Shown here: positions 1 to 10,872 of the stretch, piece by piece
Position numbering within the stretch: the first letter of the stretch is position 1
Layout: the number at the start of each line of letters is the position of its first letter
Assembly: GCF_018350175.1 (NCBI RefSeq)
Contig: NC_058382.1
Coordinates: forward strand, 61,878,001 to 61,942,000
Direction of reading: 5' to 3'
DNA length: 64,000 bases
Source: Felis catus
Lineage: Eukaryota
The notes under the pieces: generated by a model
Told to the model about the DNA's origin: nothing
The model's input: only the letters and a program-made list of their open reading frames with translations
The model's database searches: none
Made by a program: the position numbers and the translations under genes

Positions 1-674
1 GCGTTAGTGTGTCTTTTGGGTAAAAGTACCTAGTAGTGCAATTGCTGGGTCCTAGTGTAGTTCTATTTTTTGTTTTTGTGACGAATCTCCATACTATTGT
101 CCAGAATGGCTACACCACTTTGCATTCGCACCAGCATTGCAAAAGGGTTCCCTTTCCCTGCATCCTTGCCAACATCTGTCGTTTCTGGAGATGTTAATTT
201 TAGCCATTCTGATAGGTGTGAGGGGATATCTCATTGTGGTTTTGATTTGTATTTCAGTGATGACGAGTGAGATTGAGCATCTTTTCATGTGTGACCAATC
301 TGGATGTCATCTTTCTTAAAGTGTCTCTTCATGTCTTTTGCCCATTTCTTCACTGGATTATTTGGTTTCTGGGTGTTGAGTGTGATCAGTTTTTTATAGA
401 TTTTGGATACTAACCCTTTATCTGATATGTCACCTGCAAATATCTTCTCCCATTTCATTCAGTTGCCTTTTAGTTTGGCTGATTGTCTCCCCTGCTGTGC
501 AGAAGCTTTTTATCTTGAGGTCCCAATAGTTCATTGTGGTTTTTATTGCCCTTGCTTCTGGAGACATGACAAGCGAGAAGTTGCTGCAGCCAGGATCAAG
601 GAGGTGCATTGCCTGTTATCTCCTCTAGGATTTTGATGGTTCCTGACTTACATTTAGATCATTCATCCATTTTG

Positions 675-723
<49 letters not shown>

Positions 724-1228
724 CCGTTTAAGAACAGTGTCCAGGTTCATCATTCTCACTGTCCAGTATTCCTAGTACCATTTGCTGAAGAGACTCTTAT
801 TCCATTGGATATTCTTTCTGTGTTAACAAAGATTACTCACCATATGTTTGAGGGTATATTTCTGGGTTCCATATTCTGTTCCATTGACGTCTGTCTCCAT
901 TTCTGTGCCTGTACATACTGTCTTGATGAATGCAGCTTTCTAATACACCACAAATCCAAAATAGTTATGTTTCCACCTTTGTTTTCTTTTTCAACATGAT
1001 TTTGGCTTTTGGTATCTTTTCTGGATCCTTACACATTTTAGGGTTGTTTGTTCTAGCTCTGTGGAGAAAGCTCGTGTTATTTTGATAGGATTGCATTGAG
1101 TGTGTCGACTGCTTTGGTAGTATTGACATCTAAACAATGTTTGTTCTTCTAATACGTGAGCATGGAATGTTTTCCATTTCTTTGGGTTTCTTCAATTTTT
1201 CTCATAGACGATTTATGGTTTGTTGCTT
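1..1228 (-). mobile_element. Old carnivore L1 fragment (3' part of ORF2), truncated at the satellite junction
   Basis: Minus-strand translation [31 protein letters not shown] resembles the L1 ORF2 C-terminus (compare the 10873-12258 ORF). Many stops; internal (GT)n at ~677-723. Confidence 0.9.
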
Positions 1229-1230
1229 AC

Positions 1231-4200
1231 ATCCCCATTGGGAGAGAGTCTAAGCTAGGGTTAGGGTTCGGTCCAGGACGTTACCAGGGCCAAAGCAACT
1301 CCAGTCTCGTGATGTCCCTAGAGGACTGGAGTAAGGGACCAGGAGACAGCAGGGGTCAAGTGTTTGATTAGGTTTCAAGATCGGGTTAGGATTCGGTTGA
1401 TGTTTCAGGTTAGGGGTAGAGTTTGGGTTAGGACCCAGGAGACTCCAGGTACTGAACCCACAGCAGGGCAGTGGTCTCCCGAATGGGCTAAGTTGAGGGC
1501 ACAGGGGAGAGGGCCAGTAAGGTTCAGTCTTTGGCTTCCAAGGCCACGCAACTCTATGGGACCCTGGTCGGGTAGGCCTCAGGAATTCTCTCAGAAAACT
1601 GCAGCTGGGCCTGCAAAACGACATTGTGAGGTTCCAGGCACCATGCCGAGTGACACTGCCCCGCTTCTGGAACCCCAGGCGCGTGGTGTTGCCAGACCTT
1701 GGGATTGGGTCCCCAAGGGGAGAGAGCCTTAGCTAGGGTTAGTGTTTGGACCAGGGACGTAGCCAGGATCGAAGCGACTCCAGTCTTGAGATCTCTCTCG
1801 AGAGGTGAAGTGAGGGCCCATGCGAAGGTGAGGTTAAAATGAAGGGTTAGGGTTGAAGGCAAGCTTAGGATTTGGTGGATGGTCCGGTTAAGGGTAGGGT
1901 TGGGGTTAGGTTCCAGGGGGATCCAGGTGCTGAAGCCAGAGCAGTGCAGTGGTCTCCTCGAAGGACTGAGTTCAGGGCACAAGGGAGGGTGCCAGGCAGG
2001 ATCAGACTGTTCTTCCAAGGCCACACAACTCTAAGAGTGCCTGGTCGGGGAAGCCTCAGGAATCTTCTATGGCAGCTGCAACCGGCATGGGAAATGATAT
2101 GGTGAGCTTCCAGATTCCATACCGAGTGACCCTTCAACCCTTCTGGACCACAGGCGCGTGGTGTTGACAGACGTTGGGATTGGAACCCCATGGGGAGAGA
2201 GCCTTAGCTAGGGTTAGGGTTCGGACCAGGGATGTCACCAGGGCCTAAGCAACACTGATCACATGATCTCTCTCAAAGCCTGAAATGAGGGCCCATGCGA
2301 CGGGGCAGCCAAGTGGAGGGTTAGGTTTTGAGGACGGCTGCAGTTTCGGTGGAGGGCTACAACACAGGGTATGGTTAGGGTTATGTTTATGTCCCAGGAG
2401 GCTCCAGGCACCGAACCCACAGCAAGGCAGTGGTCTCCCCGAAGGGCTAAGTTGAGGGCACAATGGAGGGTGCCGGTCAGGATCAGTCTTTGGCTGCCAA
2501 GGCCACACACGTCGATGGGCCCCTGGTCGGGGAGGCCTCAGGAATCCTCTCAGGCAGCTGCAGCTGGGCCTGGTAAACGACATGTTGAGCTTCCAGGTTC
2601 CATGCCTTGTGAGCCTGCACCACTTCTGGACTCTAGGCGCGTGGTGTTGTCAGACTTTGGTAGTGCATCCCCATGGGGAAAGAGTCTTAGCTAGGGTTAT
2701 GGATTGCTCCAGGGATGTCGCCAGGACCTAAGTGACTCTGGTCTCGTGATCTCCCTCGAGCGCTGAAGTGAGGGCCCATGCCACAAGGCGGCTCAAGTGC
2801 AGGGTTAGGGTTCAAGGCAGGCTTAGGTTTCGGTGGAGGGTCCCGGTTCTGGGTAGGGTTAGGGTTAGGGTTAGGTCCCAGGAGGTTCCAGGCGCCGAAC
2901 CCACAGCAGGGCAGTGGTCTCCCCGAAGGGCTGAGTTGAGGGCACAAGGGACGGTGCCGGTCAGCATCAGTCTTTGGCTGCCAAGGCCACACACGTTGAT
3001 GGGTCCCTGGTTGGGCAGGCCTCAGGAATCCTCTTGGGCAGCTGCAGCCGGGTCTGGGAAATGACATGGTGAGCTTCCAGGTTCCATGCCAAGTGTGCCT
3101 GCACCGCTGTGAACCCCAGGCTCGTGGTGTTGTCAGATTTGGTATTGGGTCCCCATGGGGAGAGAGCCTTAGCTAGGGTAAGGGTTCGGTTCAGGGACGT
3201 CGCCAGGGCTGAAGCGAATCCAATCTCGTGATTTCCCTCGAGGGCTGAAGTGAGGGCCCATGTGACAGGGAGGCTCAAGTGGAGGGTTAGGTTTCGAGGC
3301 CCCCTTAGGTTTTAGTGGAGGGTCCCGTTTTGGGGTAGGGTTAGGTTTAGAGTTAGTTCCCATGAGGCTCCAGGCTACAAACTCTCAGCAGGGCAATGGT
3401 TTCTCCAAAGGGCTGATTTGAGGGCAAAAGGGCGGGTGCCAGTCAGGATCAGTCTTTGTCTGCCAAGGCCACACACGTCGATGGGCCCCTGGTCGAGGAG
3501 GCCTCAAGAATTCTCTCAGGCAGCAGCAGCCGGCCTGGGAAATGACATGGTGAGCTTCTAGTTTCCATGCCGTGTGAGCCTGTACCGCTTGTGGACCCGA
3601 GGCGCGTGGTGTTGTCAGACTTTGGTATTGGCTCCCCATGGGGAAAGTGCCTTAGCTAGGGTTATGGTTCGGTCCAGGGACGTTGCCAGGGCAGAAGCGA
3701 CTCTGGTCTCACGATCTCCCTTGAGGGCTGAAGTGAGGGCCCATGCGACGTGGCGGCTCAACTGTAGGGTTAGGGTTCGAGGCCGGCTTAGGTTTTGGTG
3801 GAGGGTCCTGGTTCGGGGTAGGGTTAGAGTTAGGGTTAGGTCCCAGGAAGCTCCAGGCACGGAACCCACAGCAGAGCAGTGGTTTCCCCAAAGACCTGAG
3901 TTGAGGGTACAAGGGAGGGTCCAGTCAGGATCAGTGTTTGACACTCAAGGTCTCACACGTCTATGGGCCCCTGGTCGGGGAGGCCTCAGGAATCCCCCGG
4001 GCAGCTGCAGCCGGGCCTGGCAAACGACATGGTGAGCTTCCAGGTTCCATGCCAAGTGAGCCTGCACCGCTTGTGGACCCCAGGCCCGTGGTGTTGTCAG
4101 ACTTTGGTATTGGGTCTCCATATGGAGAATGCCTTGGCTTGGATTTGGTTTTTGTCCAGGGACGTCGCCAGAGCCAAAGCGACTCTGGTCTCATGATCTC

Positions 4201-7200
4201 CCTCCAGGGGTGAAATAAGGGTACAGGTGACATGGCGGCTCAAGTGTAGGGTTAGGTTTCGAGGACGGCTTAGGTTTAATTGGAGGGTCCCAGTTTGTCG
4301 TATGGTTAGGGTTAGGGGTAAGTCCAAGGAGGCTCCAGGCGCCGAACCCACAGCAGGGCAGTGGTCTCCCTAAAGGGCTAAGTTTAGGGCGAAAGGGAGG
4401 GTGCCGGTCAGGATCAGTCTTTGGCTGCCAAGGCCACACACGTTGATGGGCCCCTGGTCCAGGAGGTCAGGAATCTTCTCAGGCCACTGTAGCCGGGCCT
4501 GGGAAAGGACATGGTGAGCTTCCAGGTTCCATGCTGAGTGAGCCTGCACCGCTTGTGGACCCCAGTCGTGTTGTGTTGTCAGATTTTGGTATTGGGTCCC
4601 CATGGGGAGAGAGCCTTAGCTAGGTTTAGGGTTTGGTCCAGGGACATCACCAGGGCCGAAGCGACTCTGGTCTCGTGATCTCCCTCGAGGGTGGAAGTGA
4701 GGGCTCATGCGATGGGGCGGCTTAAGTGTAGGGTTAGGATTCGAGGCCGGCTTAGGTTTCGGTGGAGGGTCCTGGTTTGGGGTAGGGTTAAGGTTAGGGT
4801 TTGGTCCCAGGAGGCTCCAGGTGCCGAACCCATGGCAGGGCAGTGGTCTCCCCGAAGGGCTGAGTTGAGGGCACAAGGGAGGTGCCGGTCAGGATCAGTC
4901 TTTGGCTGCCAAGGCCACACACGTCAATGGGTCCCTGGTTGGGGAGGCCTCAGGTATCCTCTCGGACAGCTGCAGCTGGGCTTTGGAAATGACATGGTGA
5001 GCTTCCACGTTCCATGCCGAGTGAACCTGCACCGCCTGTGGACCCTAGGCCTGTGGTGTTGTCAGAGTTTGGTATAGGGTCCCCATGGTGAGAGTGCCTT
5101 AGTTAGGGTTAGGGTTCGGACCAGGGACGTCACCAGGTTCGAAGCGTATCCGTTCTTGTGATCTTCCTCAAGTGGTGAAGTGAGGTCTCATGGGACGGGG
5201 CGGCTCAAGTGTACGTTTAGGGTTCGAGGCCGGCTTAGGTTTCGGTGTAGGGTCCCGGTTCTGGGTAGGGTTGTGGGCCCCAGGCACGTGGTGTTGTCAG
5301 ATTTTGGTATTGGGACACCATGGGTAGAGTGTCTTAGCTAGGGTTAGGGTTCGGTCTAGGGACGTCACCAGGGACGAAGCGACTCCGGTCTCATGATCTC
5401 CCCCGAGGGCGGAAGTGAGGGCTCATGCAACAGGTCGGCTCAACTGTAGGGTAGGGTTCGAGGCTGGCTTAGGTTTCAGTGGAGGGTCCCGGTTCGGGTT
5501 AAGTTTAGGGTTCCGGTTGAGTCTCAGGAGGCTCCAGGCGCCGAACCCACAGCTGGGCAGTGGTCTCCCTGAAGAGCTTAGTTGAGGGCACAAGGGAGGG
5601 TGCCATTCAGGATCTGTCTTTGGCTGCCAAGGCCACACACGACGATGGGCCCCTGGTCGGGCAGGCCTCAGGAATCCTCTCGGGCAGCTGCAGCCAGGCC
5701 TGTGAAAAGACATGGTGAGCTTCCAGGTTCCATCCTGAGTGAGCCTGCAAGGCTTGTGGTCCCTAGGCGCGTGGTGTTGTCAGAGTTTTTTATTGGGACC
5801 CCTCGGGGATAGAGCCTTAGCTAGGGTTAGGGTTCGGACCAGGGACGTGCCAGGGCCGAAGCAACTCCGGTCTCGTGATCTCCCTCTACGGTGAAGTGAG
5901 GGCCCAGGCGACGGTGCTGCTGAAGTGTAAGTTTAGGGTTCGAGGCAGGTTTAGGTTTCGGTGGAGGGTCCTGATCGGTGTAGGGATTAGGGTTAGGGTT
6001 AGGTCCCAGGAGGCTCCAGGCGACGAACCCATAGAGGGAAGTGGGCTCCCTGAAGTGCTGAGTTGAGGGCACAAGGGAAGGTGCCGATCAGGATCAGTCT
6101 TTGGCTGCCAAGGCCACACACGTCGATGGGCCCTTGGTCGGGGAAGCCTCAGGAATCCTCTCGGGCAGCTGCAGCCAGGCCTGGTAAACGACATGGGGAG
6201 CTTCCAGGTTCCATGCTGAGTGAGCCTGCACCGCCTTTGGGCCGCAGGAGTGTGGTGTTGTCAAATTTTGGTATAGGGTCCCCATGGGAAGATTGCCTTA
6301 GGTAGCGTTAGGGTTTGGTCCAGGGACATCGCCAGGGACGACACGACTCCGGTCTCGTGATCTCCCTAAAGGGGTGAAGTGAGGGCTCATGCAACGGGGC
6401 GGTTCAAGTGTACGTTTAGGGTTCGAGGCTGGCTTAGGTTTCGGTGGAGGGTCCCGGTTTGACATAGGGTTAGGTTAGTGTTAGGTCCCAGGAGGCTTTA
6501 GGCGCCAAACCCACAGCAGGGCAGTGATCTCCCTGAAGGACTGATTTGAGGGCACAAGGGAGGGTACCGGTCAGGATTCGTCTTTGGCTGTCAAGGACAC
6601 ACACGTTGATGGGTCCCTGGTCGGGGTGGCCTGAGGAATCCTCTTGCGCAGCTGTAGCCACGCCTAGGAAACGACATGGTGAGCTTCCAGATTCCATGCC
6701 GAGTGAGCATGCACTGCTTGTAGACCCCACGTGCGTTGTGTTGTCAGATTTTGGTATTGGGTCCCCATGGGGAGAGTGCCTTAGCTAGGGTTAAGGTTCA
6801 GTCCAGGGACATCACCAGGGCCGAAGCGACTTCGGTATCGTGATCTCCCTCCAAGGCGGAAGTGAGGGCTCATGCGATGGGACGGCTCAAGTGTAGGGTT
6901 AGGTTTCAAAGTTGGCTTAGTTTTCAGTGGAGGGTCCTGGTTCAGGGTAGGGTTAGGGTTAGGGTTAGGTCTCAGAGGCTCCAGGCTATGACCCCACAGC
7001 AGGAGACCCCTCCAAAAGGCTGAGTTGAGGGCACAAGGGAGGGTGCCGGTCAGGATCAGTCTTTGGCTGCCAAGGCCACACACGTTAATGGGTCCCTGGT
7101 CGGGGAAGCTGAGGAATCCTCTCAGGCAGCTGCAGCCGGGCCTGGGAAAGGACATGGTGAGCTTCCAGGTTCCATGCCGAGTGAGCCTGCATCGCTTGTG

Positions 7201-10166
7201 TACCCCAGGCCCGTGGTGTTTTAAGACTTTGGTATTGGGTCCCCATGGGGAGAGAGCCTTAGCTAGGGTTAGGGTTCGGTGCAGGAACGTCGCCAGGGCC
7301 GAATGGACTCCAGTCTCGTGATCTTCCTTGAAGGCTGAAGTGAGGAACCATGCGACCAGGTGGTTCAAGTGTATGGTTAGGTTTCGAGGCCGGCTTAGGT
7401 TTCGGTGGATGGTCCTGGTTCGATGTAGGGTTAGGGTTAGGGTTAGGTCCCAGGAGGCTCCAGGCACTGAATCCACAGCAGGGCAGTGGTCTCCCCGAAG
7501 GGCTGAGTTGAGGGCACAAGGGACGGTGCCGGTCAGGATTAGTCTTTTGCTGCCAAAGCCACACCCGTCGATCGACCCCTGGTCGGGGTGGTCTCAGGAA
7601 TCGTCTCGGGCAGCTGCAGCCGGACCGGGGAAACAACATGGTGAGCTTCCCCATTCCATGCTGAAGGAGCTGCACTGCTTGTGGACCCCAGGCACGTGGT
7701 GTTGTCAGACTTTGGTGTGGGTCCCCTTGGGGAGAGCCTTAGCTAGGGTTAGGGTTCTGTACATGGACGTCGCCAGGGCCGATGTGACTCCGGTCTTGTG
7801 ATCTCTTTCGAGGGCTGATGGGAGGGCTCATGCGACGGTACGGCTCAAGTGTACGTTTAGCGTTCGAGGCTGGCTTAGGTTTCGGTGGAGGATCGTGTTT
7901 CAGGGCACGTTTAAGGTTAGGGTTAGGTCCCAGGAGGCTCCAGGCGATGAACCCACAGCAGGGCAGTGGTCTCCCCGAAGGGCTGAGTTGAGGGCAAAAG
8001 GGAGAGTGCCGGTGAGGATCAGTCTTTGGCTGCCAAGGCCACATACGTCGATGTGCCTCTGGTCGGGGAGGCCTCAGGAATCCTCTGGGGCAGCTGTATC
8101 CGGGCCTCGAGAATGACATGGTGAGCTTCCAAGGTCTATGCCGACTGAGCCTGCACTGCTTGTGGACCCCAGGTGCCTGGTGTTGTCAGACTTTGGTATT
8201 GGGTCCCCATGGGGAGAGAGCCTTAGCTAGGGTTAGGGTTCGGTCCAGGGATGTCGCCAGGGCCGAAGCAACTCTGATCTTGTAATGTCCCTGGTGGCCT
8301 GGAGTGAGGGCCCATGCGACGGGGCGGCTCAAGTGGAGGGTTAGCCTTCCAGGCCGGCTTAGGTTTCCGTCAAGCGTTCCGGTTCGGGGTAGGGTTAGGG
8401 TTAGGGTTAGGTCCCAGGAGGCTCCAGGCGCTGATCCCACAGCAGGGCAGTGGTCTCCCAGAAGGGCTGAGTTGAGGGCACAAGGGAGGGTGCCGGTCAG
8501 GATCAGTCTTTGGCTGGCAAGGCCACACAATTGATGGGACCCTTGTCGGGGAAGCCTCAGAAATCCCCCCGGCAGCTGCAGCTGGCCTTGCCAAAGGACA
8601 TGGTAAGCTTTCAGGTTCCATGCAGAGTGATCTGCACCGCTCATTGACCTCAGGTGCATGGTGTGTCACACTTTGGAATTGGGTCCCCATGGGGAGATAC
8701 CCTTAGCTAGGGTTATGGTTCGGTGCATGGACGTCGCCAGGGCCAAAGCCACTCCAGTCCCGCGATCTCCCTCAAGGGGTGAGGTAAGGGCCCATGAGAT
8801 TTTGCAGCTCAAGTGTAGGGTTAGGGTTCGAGCCCTTCTTATGTTTCAGTTGAGGGTTCTGGTTAGGTGTAGGGTTAGGGTTAGGGTTAGGTCCCAGAAG
8901 GCTCCTGTCGCTGGACCCACAGCAGTGCAGTGGTCTCCCCAAAGGGCTGAGTTGAGGGCACCAGGGACGGTGCCGGTCAGCATCATTCTGTGTCTTCCAA
9001 GGCCACTCAATTCTATGGGCCCGTGGTAGTGGAGGCCTCAGGAATCCTCTCGGACAGATGTAACCAGGCCTGGGAAACGACAGGGTGAGCTTCCAGGTTC
9101 CATGCCGAGTCCCCCTTTTTCGCTTCTGGACCCCAGGCGCGTGGTGTTTTCAGACTTTAGTATTGGGTCCCCATGGGGAGAGAGCCCAAGCTAGGGTTAG
9201 GGTTTGGTCCAGAGACGTCGCCAGGGCCGAATGGACTCCAGTCTCGTGATCTCCCTCGAGGGCTAAAGTGTGGGCCCTTGTGACGGTTTGGTCAACTATA
9301 GGGGTAGGTTTCGAGGCCAGCTTCGATTTCGGGGGAGGGTTCCAGTTAGTGGTAGGATTAGAGTTAAGGTTAGGTCCCAGGAGGCTCTAGGTGCTGAACC
9401 GACAGCAGTGCAGTGGTGTCCCCATTGGGTTGAGTTGAGGGCACAAGGGAGTTTGCCAGTCTGGATCAGTCTTTGACTTCAAAGTCCACACAACCACAAG
9501 GGCTCCTGATCTGGGAGGCCTCAGGAATCCACTTGGGCAGCTGCAGCTGGGCCTGGGAAACGACATGGTGGGCTTCCATGTTCCATGTCGAGTGATCCTG
9601 CACTACTTCTGGTCCACAGTACCGTAGTATTGTCACTTTGGTTTTGGGTCCCCTTGGTGAGAGAGCCATAGGTAGGATTAGGGGTGGGTCCAGGAACGTC
9701 GCCTGGGCTGATGTGACTGCAGTCTCGTGATCTCTCTCTCAAGAGCTGAAGTGAGGGTCTATTGGAAGTTTTGGCTCAAGTGTTAAGGTTAGGTTTGGAG
9801 GCCGATTAGGTTTCGGTGGAAGGTTCCTCTTAGGGGTAGGGTTAGTCTTAGGGATATTTCTCTGGAGGCTGCAGGCGCTGAACCCACGGCAGTGCATTGG
9901 TCTCCCCGAAGGGCTGAATTGAGGGCACAAGGGAGGGTGCCGGTTAGCAATATCTGGGTCCAAGGCCACACAACTCTATGGGCCCCTGGTCGTGAAGTCC
10001 TCAGGAATCCTCTCGGGCAGCTGCAGCCTGGCCTGGGAAATAACATGTTGAGGTTCCAAGTGCATGCCGAGTGAGCCTGCACTGCTTCTGGACCCCAGGG
10101 GTGTGGTGTTTTCAGACTTTGTTATTGGGTCCCCATGGGGTGAGAGCCTTAACTAGCATTAGGGTC
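1231..10166 (+). repeat. FA-SAT (feline ~483 bp satellite) tandem array, ~18.5 monomers, G-rich telomere-like strand on +
   Basis: The marker gccttagctagggttagggtt recurs at ~1250, 1727, 2202, 2685, 3167, 3650, 4131, 4614, 5097, 5333, 5815, 6296, 6779, 7257, 7737, 8220, 8701, 9185, 9666 and 10146 (period ~480-483). GC-rich with many TTAGGG variants, matching the known FA-SAT description. Confidence 0.93.
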
Positions 10167-10169
10167 CTC

Positions 10170-10608
10170 TCCTCCCCGTGTTGTAGATATGTAGTGTCAT
10201 ATTTCAAAACCTTTCATATCGCGAATACCTTGGCTGATGTTTTATAGATGTACTCATTTTTATTGCTTTTGCGTTTCGCACGTTAATAGTGTCACTTAGG
10301 TGTTTCTTTTCCACTTAAAGAGTCCGCTTTAACATTTCTTTTAGGGGTGGTTTGTTGGTTGTGAATTCGCTGAGTATTTATTTGGGAACCTCTTCATCTC
10401 TCCTTCCATCTGAATGATAGTGTTGTGGATAGACTCTCTGGCTGCAGATGTTATCCATTCAGCACCTGTACCATACCGTGCTGCTCACTTACGGTTTCAA
10501 AGTTTCTTCTGAAAAACATCCAGTGATAACCTTATGGGGCTTCTCTTGTAGGTAATTGTCATCTTTTGGTTTTTCTGCTATTAAATTTTTTTCTTTATCA
10601 CGAAATTT
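10170..10608 (-). mobile_element. Old L1 fragment (ORF1-ORF2 junction region), left half of the host interrupted by the young L1
   Basis: Degenerate similarity to 14750-15060 of the young L1 (tctccttccatctgaatgatag vs tctccttctattctaaatgacag). It continues colinearly after the TSD at 16586. Confidence 0.75.
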
Positions 10609-10872
10609 TGCATTTTAATTCCTTTTTTTATTATTTTATTTTATTTTATTTTATATGAAATTTATTGACAAATTGGTTTCCATACAACACCCAGTGCTCA
10701 TCCCAAAAGGTGCCCTCTTCAATACCCATCACCCACCCTCTCCTCCCTCCCACCCCCCATCAACCCTCAGTTTGTTTTCAGTTTTTAACAGTCTCTTATG
10801 CTTTGGCTCTCTCCCACTCTAACCTCTTTTATTTTTTTCCTTCCCCTCCCCCATGGGTTCCTGTTAAGTTTC

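Noticed and set aside
1250..10082. Dozens of ORFs in FA-SAT with VR/PN/LT dipeptide runs
   Set aside because: These are translations of telomere-like hexamers in GC-rich satellite. Frames are not preserved between monomers and most starts are non-ATG.
1231..10166. CRISPR-like periodic repeats
   Set aside because: Mammalian tandem satellite; the whole unit repeats and there are no unique spacers.
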